DNA of 64,000 bases from Candidatus Liptonbacteria bacterium (GTDB lineage Bacteria > Patescibacteriota > Minisyncoccia > UBA6257 > 2-01-FULL-56-20). Each line of letters starts with the position of its first letter. The stretch's first letter is position 1. The DNA lies in NCBI GenBank assembly GCA_016867315.1, contig VGJV01000004.1, forward strand, positions 37,431 through 101,430. Direction: 5' to 3'. The translations under genes were made by a program, and so were the position numbers. The notes under the pieces are model-generated. The model searched no databases. It was not told where the DNA came from and saw nothing but the letters and a program-made list of their open reading frames with translations. This document shows positions 49,309 to 58,494 of this stretch, one piece after another.

Positions 49309-50208
49309 CTAAGAAGCGCACCTCGTAAATCGGATATCAAACGCTTCCGCTGCATCGTGGTGTTCCATAGTGACGTGTTTTAAAGCTTCGAGAATGGGAT
49401 AGCTCGCAGTTTTTTCTCCAAGAATTTCAGTGAGTATCGGCAAAGAAATTAAGCCTTCGCTTTTAAGTTCGCATTTGCCGGTCTTCACGAGTTCATTGCC
49501 TACTTTGTAATTCATGGAATGCGGACTATATCCGGTCGCAGCCAGATCTCCAAGGCCAGCGATGGAATACGCTACTGCTTTGGAATTCCCCATTTCTTCA
49601 AGAATAGAAACCATTTCTTGTACGGCCGCCGAAATAAACCAACCTTTTTTGTTGTTGTCCCACCCTAACCCGTTCGCGATTCCTAAACCCAAAGAATATA
49701 TATTCTTTAAAACTCCCGCGAGCGCCACGCTTTGAGGATCGGCGGAACATTCGGTGCGCAGAGAAGTGCCGCTCCAAAGTTCTTGAAGAGCCTCGCGAGC
49801 CTTTTTGTCTGCGGCAGCGGCTACCACGACGCCTCCTTTGCCCTGAGTAATTTCATCGGCGAGCATAGGTCCTCCCAAAAATGCAATCGCATTATCGGGA
49901 AACTGCTTTTGGAGAAACACATACGTGGTGTCTTGGATTTCGGGTAGAAGGCCTTTGGCCAAAGTGACAATAATAGTATTTTTTTGAATATGAGGAGCCG
50001 CGTGATCTATGGAAATCTGGAGCGCCCAAGAGGGGACACAGAAGAATAAAAAATCTGCCTGAGGCAGTATTTCTTTGAGGGTCTTTTGTTGAGGGGCTTT
50101 GTCAGGAAAAGCATCCCAAAGCTCGGCGTGGAGATTTTTTTCTCTGAGAGTAGAGTCCAGTGCGCTGCCAATTTTCCCTGCCCCAATTATAACCACGCGC
50201 GGTTGCAT
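49309..50208 (-). CDS. gpsA: NAD(P)H-dependent glycerol-3-phosphate dehydrogenase
   Basis: IIGAGKIG, AKGL, GGP, GVLKNIY, AGLGDL. Confidence 0.85.
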   Translation of the reverse strand: MQPRVVIIGAGKIGSALDSTLREKNLHAELWDAFPDKAPQQKTLKEILPQADFLFFCVPSWALQISIDHAAPHIQKNTIIVTLAKGLLPEIQDTTYVFLQKQFPDNAIAFLGGPMLADEITQGKGGVVVAAAADKKAREALQELWSGTSLRTECSADPQSVALAGVLKNIYSLGLGIANGLGWDNNKKGWFISAAVQEMVSILEEMGNSKAVAYSIAGLGDLAATGYSPHSMNYKVGNELVKTGKCELKSEGLISLPILTEILGEKTASYPILEALKHVTMEHHDAAEAFDIRFTRCAS

Positions 50209-50231
50209 GCGGACAGTATACCCTAAAGAAG

Positions 50232-50345
50232 TTGACGAAAAAAGGGGAGTAGGGTAAGCTATCTGTGCATCCAAAGACCGTAGGCATCCCGGAAAAAAGG
50301 GAGTGAGACCTACCGAGGAAAGCATCCTTATAAACGGTCTTTGCG
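50232..50345 (+). promoter_or_regulatory. Promoter and L10 leader (r-protein autoregulatory RNA)
   Basis: TTGACG-17 nt-TAAGCT; aagaccgtagg...cctaccgagg pattern directly upstream of rplJ. Confidence 0.7.
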
Positions 50346-50369
50346 ACGCGTTTATTTTTTTGTTAATAC

Positions 50370-50891
50370 ATGAAATCCAAAGCTCAAAAAGGAGAGGAAC
50401 TCAAAAAGGGCAAAAAGCTTCTTGAAGGAAGCAATGTGCTTGTATTTGCGGACTTCTCGGGAGTGACTACCGCAAATACCACGAAGCTTCGTAAAGTAAT
50501 GCGTGAGTCGGACGGGGAATTTTTAGTAATCAAAAAGCGGCTTTTGAATCTCCTCCTTAAAGAAAAGGGAGTATCTTTTAATATGCGTGAATTTGGCGGT
50601 CAGGTAGGTACTATTTTTTCCAAAGGAGATATCGAAAAGATTAGCGGGCCGGTATATAACTTTTTCTCGAAACTCGAAGTGCCCGAAGGAGGGGATAAGC
50701 AAATGTGGGTGAAAAAGATTTTAGGCGCATTCGATGTGAAGGCTGGCAAAGCAGTCGGAGCGGATCAAATTATGTTTATCGGTAAGCTCCCGCCCCGCGA
50801 AGTGCTCTTGGCACAGCTTTTGGGAATGCTCGCCGCCCCGTTACGTTCATTCATGTACTTGCTTCAAGAGAAATCTAAAAAGCAGGGGTAA
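50370..50891 (+). CDS. rplJ: 50S ribosomal protein L10
   Basis: DFSGVT...LR, VIKKRLL, LPPREVLLAQLLGML. Confidence 0.93.
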   Translation: MKSKAQKGEELKKGKKLLEGSNVLVFADFSGVTTANTTKLRKVMRESDGEFLVIKKRLLNLLLKEKGVSFNMREFGGQVGTIFSKGDIEKISGPVYNFFSKLEVPEGGDKQMWVKKILGAFDVKAGKAVGADQIMFIGKLPPREVLLAQLLGMLAAPLRSFMYLLQEKSKKQG

Positions 50892-50921
50892 TGGAAAGGT
50901 CGTAAGTGCAATTACAAAACC

Positions 50922-51287
50922 ATGGAAAAATTTAACGATCTTATTTCGAAAATCGAAGCCCTCTCGGTAGTAGAACTTGCCGAGCTCGTAAAGGCGCTTG
51001 AGCAGAAGTTTGGTATCTCGGCCGCCGCGCCGGTGGCTGCGGGTGGAGGAGGAGCAGCTGCTGCCGCAGAAGAGAAAACCGCCTTTAACGTAGTCCTTAA
51101 ATCCGGTGGAGCGCAGAAGATCAACGTGATCAAAGTAATCCGCGAAGTAACAAGCTTGGGACTCAAAGAAGCGAAGGACTTGGTGGATGGTGCCCCGAAG
51201 ACGGTGAAGGAGGGAATAAAGAAAGAAGAAGCGGAAGAGATGAAGAAGAAACTTGAAGCCGCTGGAGCTCAAGTGGAAATTCAGTAA
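50922..51287 (+). CDS. rplL: 50S ribosomal protein L7/L12
   Basis: [28 protein letters not shown]. Confidence 0.97.
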   Translation: MEKFNDLISKIEALSVVELAELVKALEQKFGISAAAPVAAGGGGAAAAAEEKTAFNVVLKSGGAQKINVIKVIREVTSLGLKEAKDLVDGAPKTVKEGIKKEEAEEMKKKLEAAGAQVEIQ

Positions 51288-51307
51288 GCAGAAAATAGAA
51301 TAGTTTT

Positions 51308-51338
51308 GCAGAATCCCGCCTCACTGGCGGGTTTTTGC
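51308..51338 (+). terminator. Intrinsic terminator
   Basis: cccgcc-tcact-ggcggg followed by ttttt. Confidence 0.8.
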
Positions 51339-51414
51339 TCGTCTCTCACCTTATGAGAAAAGTGAGGGGTTTATGGAAAATAAACAGGGGGCCCGTGTTT
51401 GGTGCCTCCGATGT

Positions 51415-52482
51415 TTAGGTTGAAACTCGCATGTCAAAAACAGAATTTCTCTGAAGGAATTCGAAAAGCTGTTCTTTAGTCGGCAGTCCTGCCCAGGCTC
51501 CTCGCTTGAGACAGTTCAATGCCGCCACCGCGTTCGCTACGCGGAGCTTCTCTTCCAAATTCCATGCCTCATTAAATAGGGCGTAGATGAATCCCGTGCG
51601 GAACGCATCTCCTGCGCCTATTGTGTCGTATTCCCAGAGTTGATACGCTTCCGGCTTCGCCATCTCTTTCAAGTTGAACCCGGGTACGCGGATCGGTTGG
51701 CCGCAATCCAAAGCTAAAACGCCTCGTTCGCCGAGGGTCACGGCTATAAAAGAAAGATCGAAGTCCAGTGCAATTTGTTCAAGTGCTGTAAGCTCCCAAT
51801 CTTCTCTTCGTTTGCCTTTCTTCTCTGGACCTGGCCAAAGGGAAGTGAGCTCCCCGGCCAACTGCTCCGAAAGAATCGGAAAGTGGACGAGGGGAATGAG
51901 CTGGTCGAGATATCTATATTTCGTGTCAAAATCTGCAGTTACGATGACATCCGATTCGTTAGCCCATCGCGCCGCCTGGATAGCGGCCTGTGTATCACAA
52001 CCGTCAATGTGAAGGATCTTCCCGGAAGTAACTACAGCGCGGGATAGATCCGTGGGTTTGATGTGGAGCAATTCGTCATGCTCCCACAATACTGTTCGTT
52101 CTCCGGTGCGGCTATGCACCGTGATGATGGCGGATTGAGTCCTCGCGGTCTCTTGAATCATCAAGTTTTCGCAATTCACTCCTTCTTTTTCGAGAGCGGT
52201 GTGAAGTGTGATCCCTTGAGGATCTCCGCCGATTTTTCCGATATACAGCGCGGCTTTCCCCAGTCGTTGTACACCGACCATAGCAGTGGACACCTGTCCG
52301 CCAGATAATAACTGCGAGCCTCGGATTTCCGTTTTTTGCCCCCACCGTGGATGTTTGTCCAAAGTGAAGATCGTATCTACGGAATTGAGGCCAAGCCCTA
52401 TCACATCGAATCGCTTCGATGGAAGGGATGTAGGATTGATGTCAGCATTTCTCCTCCTTGTACTTCTTTGTGACATTAACAC
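51415..52482 (-). CDS. PfkB-family sugar kinase (second copy, probably acquired)
   Basis: GGQVSTAMVGVQRLG, VTLGERG, DTIGAGDAFR. Confidence 0.88.
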   Translation of the reverse strand: MLMSQRSTRRRNADINPTSLPSKRFDVIGLGLNSVDTIFTLDKHPRWGQKTEIRGSQLLSGGQVSTAMVGVQRLGKAALYIGKIGGDPQGITLHTALEKEGVNCENLMIQETARTQSAIITVHSRTGERTVLWEHDELLHIKPTDLSRAVVTSGKILHIDGCDTQAAIQAARWANESDVIVTADFDTKYRYLDQLIPLVHFPILSEQLAGELTSLWPGPEKKGKRREDWELTALEQIALDFDLSFIAVTLGERGVLALDCGQPIRVPGFNLKEMAKPEAYQLWEYDTIGAGDAFRTGFIYALFNEAWNLEEKLRVANAVAALNCLKRGAWAGLPTKEQLFEFLQRNSVFDMRVST

Positions 52483-52721
52483 TCCTCGGCGATGGTTTCA
52501 GAGCTGTTTTTGGCTATCTCTCTTCTTCTTTTGTCAAACGCTGATACCAAGAAAGCGCAAAATGCTTTCCTGAAGCCATCTGAACTTTTTTTAACATTTC
52601 GAAACCTTCCTGCCAATATTGACGGATCAAAAATTATATGCAGAACAAATAAAAATTTCCCTTAAGAAAGTAAGCCAAACAACCTATGTGAATAGAGTGT
52701 GAACAAACTGTGCGAGATATA

Positions 52722-52968
52722 GTGCAGAATACTTAAAATAGTTCGAACACATTTCGCCGCCGCAGGCGGCGAGGAAAGCCCCCCGCGAAAAATCCGAATT
52801 GCGGCGGAGCCGCGCCGATAAAAACTGCCAAAGAACTTGACGAAAAACATCGGCTCGAACCATATTTTAGAAAACCGCCAGTTCCGTTTTGAGCCCAAGA
52901 ATCCGTACGATTTGGTGGCCGAGCGGCGCGAAACGCGCCGCGAGGCATTGACTTTTCCTGATTGGTGC
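52722..52968 (+). mobile_element. 243-bp mini-element at the tRNA-Val 3' end (internal deletion derivative of a recombinase element)
   Basis: GTGC core at 52722 and 52965; left end reads CRILKIVRTHF, right end reads IGSNHIL...FPDW, in the same frame. Confidence 0.65.
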
Positions 52969-53037
52969 GTCTTGTAGGGATCGAACCTACGACCTTCCCG
53001 ATGTGAACGGGACGCTCTGCCACTGAGCTAAAGACGC
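52963..53037 (-). tRNA. tRNA-Val(CAC)
   Basis: GCGTCTT acceptor, loop TTCACAT, GTTCGATCC, ACCA. Confidence 0.94.
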
Positions 53038-53221
53038 ATCTTATAATTGACGATAGTAAAACAAAAAGAATTCATAAGCAACCTCTTGCTGTCTCCGCAT
53101 AGGGAGAATACACTGATAATAATTGAAAGGTCGGAAAGTGATCCCGCCAAGGCGGGACTACTAACCGGGTCGAAAAGACCATGATTAGTTTTGTCTAATA
53201 AAAAATAAAAATAAATATCAA

Positions 53222-54370
53222 ATGAACAGTTCTTCCAGAATTGTGTTGGGAATTGTGATTATAGTAGCGGTGATAGCCGGAGTATTCGCATTTTCTCAGT
53301 CGCCAAGTACTTCTAATAATGTGCCCGCCACGAAAAACGAACCGATAAAGCTCGGATTCATCGGTCCTCTTACGGGGGATGGTGCTGCCTTGGGGCAAAA
53401 TGCGCGCGCAGCTACGGAGATTGCCGTGGCGGAAGTGAACGCCGCAGGTGGTATCAAAGGCAGGCCGCTCGAAGTTATTTATGAAGACGGAAAATGCACC
53501 GGGAAAGAGGCCTCGAATGCGGCAAATAAGCTTATCAATGCGGATAATGTCCCCGTGATTCTTGGTGGCTTATGTTCGGGGGAAACGAACTCGTTCGCAG
53601 CGGCAGCGGAGCAGGCAAAGCGTGTTGTGCTCTCGTTCTGCTCTTCCGCGCCTTCTATCACGCAGGCAGGGGATTATATTTTCCGCGATTATCCCTCGGA
53701 TCTTTTTCAGGGAAGTTTTGCCGCCAAGTACGTGTATGAGACTCTTGGTAAAAAGAAAGTGGGAATCGTGTACGTAAAAAGCGACTGGGGCAGCGGCATC
53801 AAGCAGGTATTCTCGGAGGAATTCTCAAAACTTGGGGGGAAAATTGTTGCCGAAGAGGGTTACGACCAGGCCGCGCGAGATCTTCGAACACAGCTCACAA
53901 AAATAAAAGCGGCAAAACCCGATTTGGTGTACTTCCTGGGATACACCGAAGGTTCGACAGTGGGTTTAAAGCAGGCGGCGGAATTGAAGCTCGGTGTGCC
54001 GATTTTGGGTGCAGACGGCTGGGATGATCCAAAACTCTTCGCAAATGCCGGCGCGGCTGCCGAAGGGGTGATGTATACCGTAGTCTCTGCTCCGCTCTCC
54101 GATGCGTTCAAAGCCAAAATGAAGGAAAAGACCGGGAGCGAAGAAGTGCTCGCGTGCAGCCCCGGAGCATATGACGGTGTAAAAATATTGGCCCAGATTC
54201 TCGCGAGCGTGGGTACCGACTCGACCGCTATCAAAGATGCGCTGTACCAGGTGAATTATGTGGGTGGAGTTTCCGCTGCGAGAGTAGCCTTCGATAAGAA
54301 CGGAGATCCTGTTGAAGCAAACTACGTGGTAAAAATAGTAAAAGACGGCAAAGCCACTGAAGTAAAGTAA
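53222..54370 (+). CDS. Branched-chain amino acid ABC transporter substrate-binding protein (LivJ/K-like)
   Basis: IKLGFIGPLTG, NAAGGIKGR, YIFRDYPSD. Confidence 0.93.
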   Translation: MNSSSRIVLGIVIIVAVIAGVFAFSQSPSTSNNVPATKNEPIKLGFIGPLTGDGAALGQNARAATEIAVAEVNAAGGIKGRPLEVIYEDGKCTGKEASNAANKLINADNVPVILGGLCSGETNSFAAAAEQAKRVVLSFCSSAPSITQAGDYIFRDYPSDLFQGSFAAKYVYETLGKKKVGIVYVKSDWGSGIKQVFSEEFSKLGGKIVAEEGYDQAARDLRTQLTKIKAAKPDLVYFLGYTEGSTVGLKQAAELKLGVPILGADGWDDPKLFANAGAAAEGVMYTVVSAPLSDAFKAKMKEKTGSEEVLACSPGAYDGVKILAQILASVGTDSTAIKDALYQVNYVGGVSAARVAFDKNGDPVEANYVVKIVKDGKATEVK

Positions 54371-54389
54371 GTCATATTTGCCGTAGCAG

Positions 54390-54413
54390 AAGCCCCGCGT
54401 AAGCGGGGTTTTT
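54390..54413 (+). terminator. Terminator/stabiliser hairpin after the binding-protein gene
   Basis: ccccgc-gtaa-gcgggg followed by ttttt. Confidence 0.7.
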
Positions 54414-54438
54414 GTGTTCAAAAGGGAGAACCGCTACA

Positions 54439-55308
54439 ATGGAGAGAATGTTTTTTGCCCAGCTTGTGGCGAACAGCGTGATTGCGGGAGCGTTGTACAC
54501 TCTCATCACGCTTGGATTCAATCTCATATACGGAGCAACAAAGTTCACTAATATGGCGCATGGGGCAGTAGCTGCCATGGGGGCGTACGGGGTGTTTTTT
54601 GCGACGCGGGAAGGGTGGGGGTTGCCGCTCTCTATAGTCGCAGGGGTGCTGGTGGCCGGAATAGTCGGAGTAATTACCGACAGGCTCGTATTTTCTCCTT
54701 TGCGAAAGAAAAAAGCCCGAGCGTCGGTATTTGTGATAGCCTCTTTGGGAATCTTTGCGCTTCTTCAATCCATACTTTCGATAACATTTGGGGCTCAGTT
54801 TTGGCCGTTGCTTCCCCCCGGTACTGGCAGGGTTTTTGATATCGCGGGGGCTTCAGTGACGGAGGTGCAGCTTTGGATACTGGGAAGTGCGGTGGCGGCG
54901 AGTGGAATTTTGTTCATACTTTTAAAATTTACAATTTTTGGGAAGGTGATCCGCGCGCTTTCTGATGATGAAGAAGTAGCTAAGATGTTAGGAATAAACA
55001 CCGATCGGATGATCGGAGTGATATTTTTCTTGGGATCGATGCTCGCGGGGCTCGCCGGAATTCTTTCCGGTTTTGATACGGGAGTGCAGCCTACGATGGG
55101 GCTCTTCCTCCTGCTTGAGGGAGCAGTGTCTTCGATTGTAGGAGGAATAGGGAGTCTGGTGGGGGGCATCCTCGGAGCATTCCTCTTGGGCTTCGTGGAA
55201 AATTTTGGGATTTGGTTTATTGCGAGTCAATGGAAAGGGGCGATTGCCTTCGGCCTTCTTACTATCTTCCTCATCTTTCGTCCGCGGGGGATTATGGGAA
55301 AAGATTAA
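54439..55308 (+). CDS. livH: Branched-chain amino acid ABC permease
   Basis: LGFNLIYG...NMAHG, GKVIRA, RPRGIMG. Confidence 0.9.
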   Translation: MERMFFAQLVANSVIAGALYTLITLGFNLIYGATKFTNMAHGAVAAMGAYGVFFATREGWGLPLSIVAGVLVAGIVGVITDRLVFSPLRKKKARASVFVIASLGIFALLQSILSITFGAQFWPLLPPGTGRVFDIAGASVTEVQLWILGSAVAASGILFILLKFTIFGKVIRALSDDEEVAKMLGINTDRMIGVIFFLGSMLAGLAGILSGFDTGVQPTMGLFLLLEGAVSSIVGGIGSLVGGILGAFLLGFVENFGIWFIASQWKGAIAFGLLTIFLIFRPRGIMGKD

Positions 55309-56175
55309 ATGTCATATCTTCTTCATCTCGCTACTTTTTTCGGGATTTACGCCATATTAGGAGTAAGTCTTAATCTGCTCATCGGCTATACCGGTCTTGT
55401 GTGGATAGCTCATGCAGCCACGTTCGCGGTGGGTGCATATGCAGGAGCATTATTCGCGACGAAACTCGCCCTCAACTTTTTCCTTGCCATGCTCCTAGCT
55501 ATGCTTGTTGCGGGAATCTTGGGCTCTCTTACTGGCTGGATTTTCTCCCGACTCGGGGGCGACTATTACATGCTCGCGAGCGTAAGTTGGAATTATATTG
55601 TGGTGAGTGTTCTCATAAATTGGGAGAGCCTCACCAACGGTCCTTTGGGAATTTCAGGAATTCCCAAGCCTTCCCTTGGAGAACTTTCCTTTGCGGAGCC
55701 GACAAAGTTTTTTTTGTTGACGCTTGTGCTTTTGGGAATTGTCTATGCCGCTGCGCGGTTTATTACTAATTCTTCGTTCGGCCGGGTGATAAAAGCTATT
55801 CGGGAAGACGAGCAGGCAGCCAAAGTGTTTGGATATAACACACTTATGTACAAGGTAGCCATTTCTGGAATGGGAGCGGCGATGGCAGGGATTGCGGGAG
55901 TACTTCTGGCCTCATATATAGGATTTGTAGATCCTTCTTCGTTCGACGTGATGGAATCCATCTTCATCTTGGCAATAGTGGTAGTGGGAGGATTCGCGAA
56001 TATCCGAGGGTCTCTGGTGGGAGCGCTCGCGTTGGTGCTTCTCCCGGAACTATTGCGTTTTGCGGGCTTCCCGGCGGAAATTGCCGCACACGTTCGCTTG
56101 GGTCTTTACGGATTGGCACTTATTCTCTTCATGCTGTACCGGCCTCAGGGAATCATAGGAGAGTATAAATTCTGA
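55309..56175 (+). CDS. livM: Branched-chain amino acid ABC permease
   Basis: LNLLIGYTG, TNGPLG, AIREDE, RPQGI. Confidence 0.9.
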   Translation: MSYLLHLATFFGIYAILGVSLNLLIGYTGLVWIAHAATFAVGAYAGALFATKLALNFFLAMLLAMLVAGILGSLTGWIFSRLGGDYYMLASVSWNYIVVSVLINWESLTNGPLGISGIPKPSLGELSFAEPTKFFLLTLVLLGIVYAAARFITNSSFGRVIKAIREDEQAAKVFGYNTLMYKVAISGMGAAMAGIAGVLLASYIGFVDPSSFDVMESIFILAIVVVGGFANIRGSLVGALALVLLPELLRFAGFPAEIAAHVRLGLYGLALILFMLYRPQGIIGEYKF

Positions 56176-56176
56176 C

Positions 56177-56914
56177 ATGCCAAATATACCGCTCGAAATT
56201 AAAAATCTGGAAAAACAGTTCGGTGGAGTGCACGCTTTGGATCGTGTATCGCTTAAAATAATGCCCGGCACAATAAGTGGAATTGTTGGTCCGAATGGGT
56301 CGGGGAAAAGTACGCTCATCAATCTTTTGAGCGGCCTTCTTCCTTTTGATGGGGGAAGAGTCCTCATAGGTGGTCGGGAATTGAACCGTATCATTCCGCA
56401 TAAAGCTCCCTCATATGGAATAACGAGGACGTTTCAAAACATCAGGCTTTTCGAGCAGCTCCCGGTATTGGATAACATCCTTTTTGCGCTCACGGACAGA
56501 GGGGTATTCGGCGCGCTTTTCGAGAAGCACGGCGCTTCTCACCTTGCGCAAGCCGAAGAGGTATTAAAGATGGTAGGGCTTTGGGAGAAAAGAAATGAGC
56601 TGGCGATAAATCTCTCCTACGGCCAGCGGAAACTTTTAGAAATCGGAAGAGTGTATGCAATGAAAAGTGAGGTCTTTCTCTTCGATGAGCCTTTCGCGGG
56701 TTTGTTCCCGGCAATGGTAGAAACTGTGGCCGAAGTGTTCCGTACCCTCAAAGCTCAGGGTAAAACTATTATTTTGGTCGAGCACGATATGGGGCTTATT
56801 CGAAAACTCACGGATTACGTGTTCGTACTCGATTCAGGAGAACTCCTCGCCGAAGGGAAGCCGAATGACGTGCTCTCAAAAAAAGAAGTTATAGAAGCAT
56901 ACTTAGGCGAATGA
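56177..56914 (+). CDS. livG: Branched-chain amino acid ABC ATPase
   Basis: GPNGSGKST, RTFQ, LSYGQ, DEP, EAYLG. Confidence 0.92.
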   Translation: MPNIPLEIKNLEKQFGGVHALDRVSLKIMPGTISGIVGPNGSGKSTLINLLSGLLPFDGGRVLIGGRELNRIIPHKAPSYGITRTFQNIRLFEQLPVLDNILFALTDRGVFGALFEKHGASHLAQAEEVLKMVGLWEKRNELAINLSYGQRKLLEIGRVYAMKSEVFLFDEPFAGLFPAMVETVAEVFRTLKAQGKTIILVEHDMGLIRKLTDYVFVLDSGELLAEGKPNDVLSKKEVIEAYLGE

Positions 56915-57054
56915 GCCAATTTATAATATCTAATTACTAATTTCTAAGTAAACTCCAATGATTAAAATCCCAAACCATTTCGTATTTGAGAAATTCGGAT
57001 TTGGGCATTATTTAGAAATTAGATATTAGGAATTAGAAATTTTAAGCGAAAACA

Positions 57055-57783
57055 ATGAAAGAAATTTTATTAGAGCTTCGCGATATTCATGTCCACTATG
57101 GTGGCGTAAAGGCGCTCGACGGCGCGAGTGTTTCTTTGGACGAGGGGGAAATCGTAGCCCTGATGGGTCCGAATGGAGCAGGGAAGTCCACGATCCTCAA
57201 AGCGATTTTTGGAATCTCGCCGATGGAATCCGGCGAAGTACGGTGGCATGGAATCTCCATCCGCCCCGTGCCGCATGAAGTGGTAGCGCGGGGAATTTCT
57301 TTTGTCCCACAAGGACGGCGGGTATTTCCCGGATTGAGCGTGGAGGAAAATTTGGAAGTAGGAGGATTTCTCGTGAGGGATAAAAAGGAGCGGCAAAGGC
57401 GAATGCGGGAAGTAATGGAATTTTTCCCGGTATTGAAACGCAAGCGAACACTCGATGCTTCGGCGCTCTCCGGTGGGGAGCAGCAGATGCTCGCAATCGC
57501 GCGCGGGATGATCACGGATCCTAAAATACTTCTTCTCGATGAGCCTTCTTTAGGCTTGGCTCCTAAGGTAGTGAAAGAAGTTTTTGCAAAGATAAAAGAG
57601 ATAAGTGACCGGCATAAAACCGCGATTATGGTGGTGGAGCACAATTTAATGTCGCTCCTTTCTATAGCAAGCCGAGCGTATGTGCTCGACAAGGGAAAAG
57701 TGGTGGCCGAGGGGGAATCAAGGCGGGTAGTGGAAAGCGGAATCCTCGAAAAAGTGTTCCTGGGGGGAGAAAAGGCAATCTAG
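57055..57783 (+). CDS. livF: Branched-chain amino acid ABC ATPase
   Basis: GPNGAGKST, LSGGEQQM, DEPSLGLAP. Confidence 0.93.
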   Translation: MKEILLELRDIHVHYGGVKALDGASVSLDEGEIVALMGPNGAGKSTILKAIFGISPMESGEVRWHGISIRPVPHEVVARGISFVPQGRRVFPGLSVEENLEVGGFLVRDKKERQRRMREVMEFFPVLKRKRTLDASALSGGEQQMLAIARGMITDPKILLLDEPSLGLAPKVVKEVFAKIKEISDRHKTAIMVVEHNLMSLLSIASRAYVLDKGKVVAEGESRRVVESGILEKVFLGGEKAI

Positions 57784-57909
57784 GAAAAGTGGGGAATCCC
57801 CACTTTTCTGCATTTTAGGGGAAGGGGTGTGGATAGGTTCAAATTTAATTGTTAAGAGCCCTTATAAAATAAGGGTTTTTTGGCATTCAGCTTCAATATT
57901 TCTTCATTT

Positions 57910-57972
57910 TTGACAGTGCAGAATGGTGGTGTAACATTAAACCAAAGTGGTGAGATGTGGATAAAGGTGGGG
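57910..57972 (+). promoter_or_regulatory. dcw promoter with MraZ-binding direct repeats
   Basis: TTGACA at 57910; GTGG at 57947, 57957 and 57967 (exact 10-nt period). Confidence 0.75.
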
Positions 57973-58008
57973 ATAAAGCCTCCAAAAACATCACTTCTGG
58001 GGATAACT

Positions 58009-58440
58009 ATGCTTCTCGGCGAATACAACCACACATTGGATAACAAAGGTCGGATGGCGATCCCAGCCAAGTTTAAAGACGTGCTTGGCACCGGGGCCAT
58101 TATTACGCGAGGTTTGGATAATTGTTTGTTTTTGTTTGCCGCTAAAGAGTGGCAAACCCTGGTCGAAAAACTTATGGCACTGCCTTTGGCGCAGGCGAAC
58201 TCCCGGGCATTTGTCCGGTTGATGCTCGCGGGAGCCATGGATGTGACAGTCGATAATCAAGGCCGTATTCTTATTCCCGATTATTTGCGGAAATATGGAG
58301 GCCTGAAGAAAGAAGTGACCATTGCGGGCTTGCACAACCGCGCGGAAATTTGGGACAGCGAACGCTGGCAGGAATACAAACGGAAAACCGAAGGTGCTTC
58401 CGAGGAAATTGCCGAGAAGCTGGGAGAATTAGGTATTTAA
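58009..58440 (+). CDS. mraZ: Transcriptional regulator MraZ
   Basis: LDNKGRMAIP and VDNQGRILIP. Confidence 0.96.
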   Translation: MLLGEYNHTLDNKGRMAIPAKFKDVLGTGAIITRGLDNCLFLFAAKEWQTLVEKLMALPLAQANSRAFVRLMLAGAMDVTVDNQGRILIPDYLRKYGGLKKEVTIAGLHNRAEIWDSERWQEYKRKTEGASEEIAEKLGELGI

Positions 58441-58494
58441 CTAGTAACTTATGACTAATAACTAATGACAGTTATAAGTCATGGGTCATAAGTC

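Noticed and set aside
57826-58008. Replication origin suggested by DnaA-box-like tgtggataa/tggggataa sequences
   Set aside because: Only one perfect box, which overlaps the MraZ repeats; no dnaA or clear unwinding element nearby.
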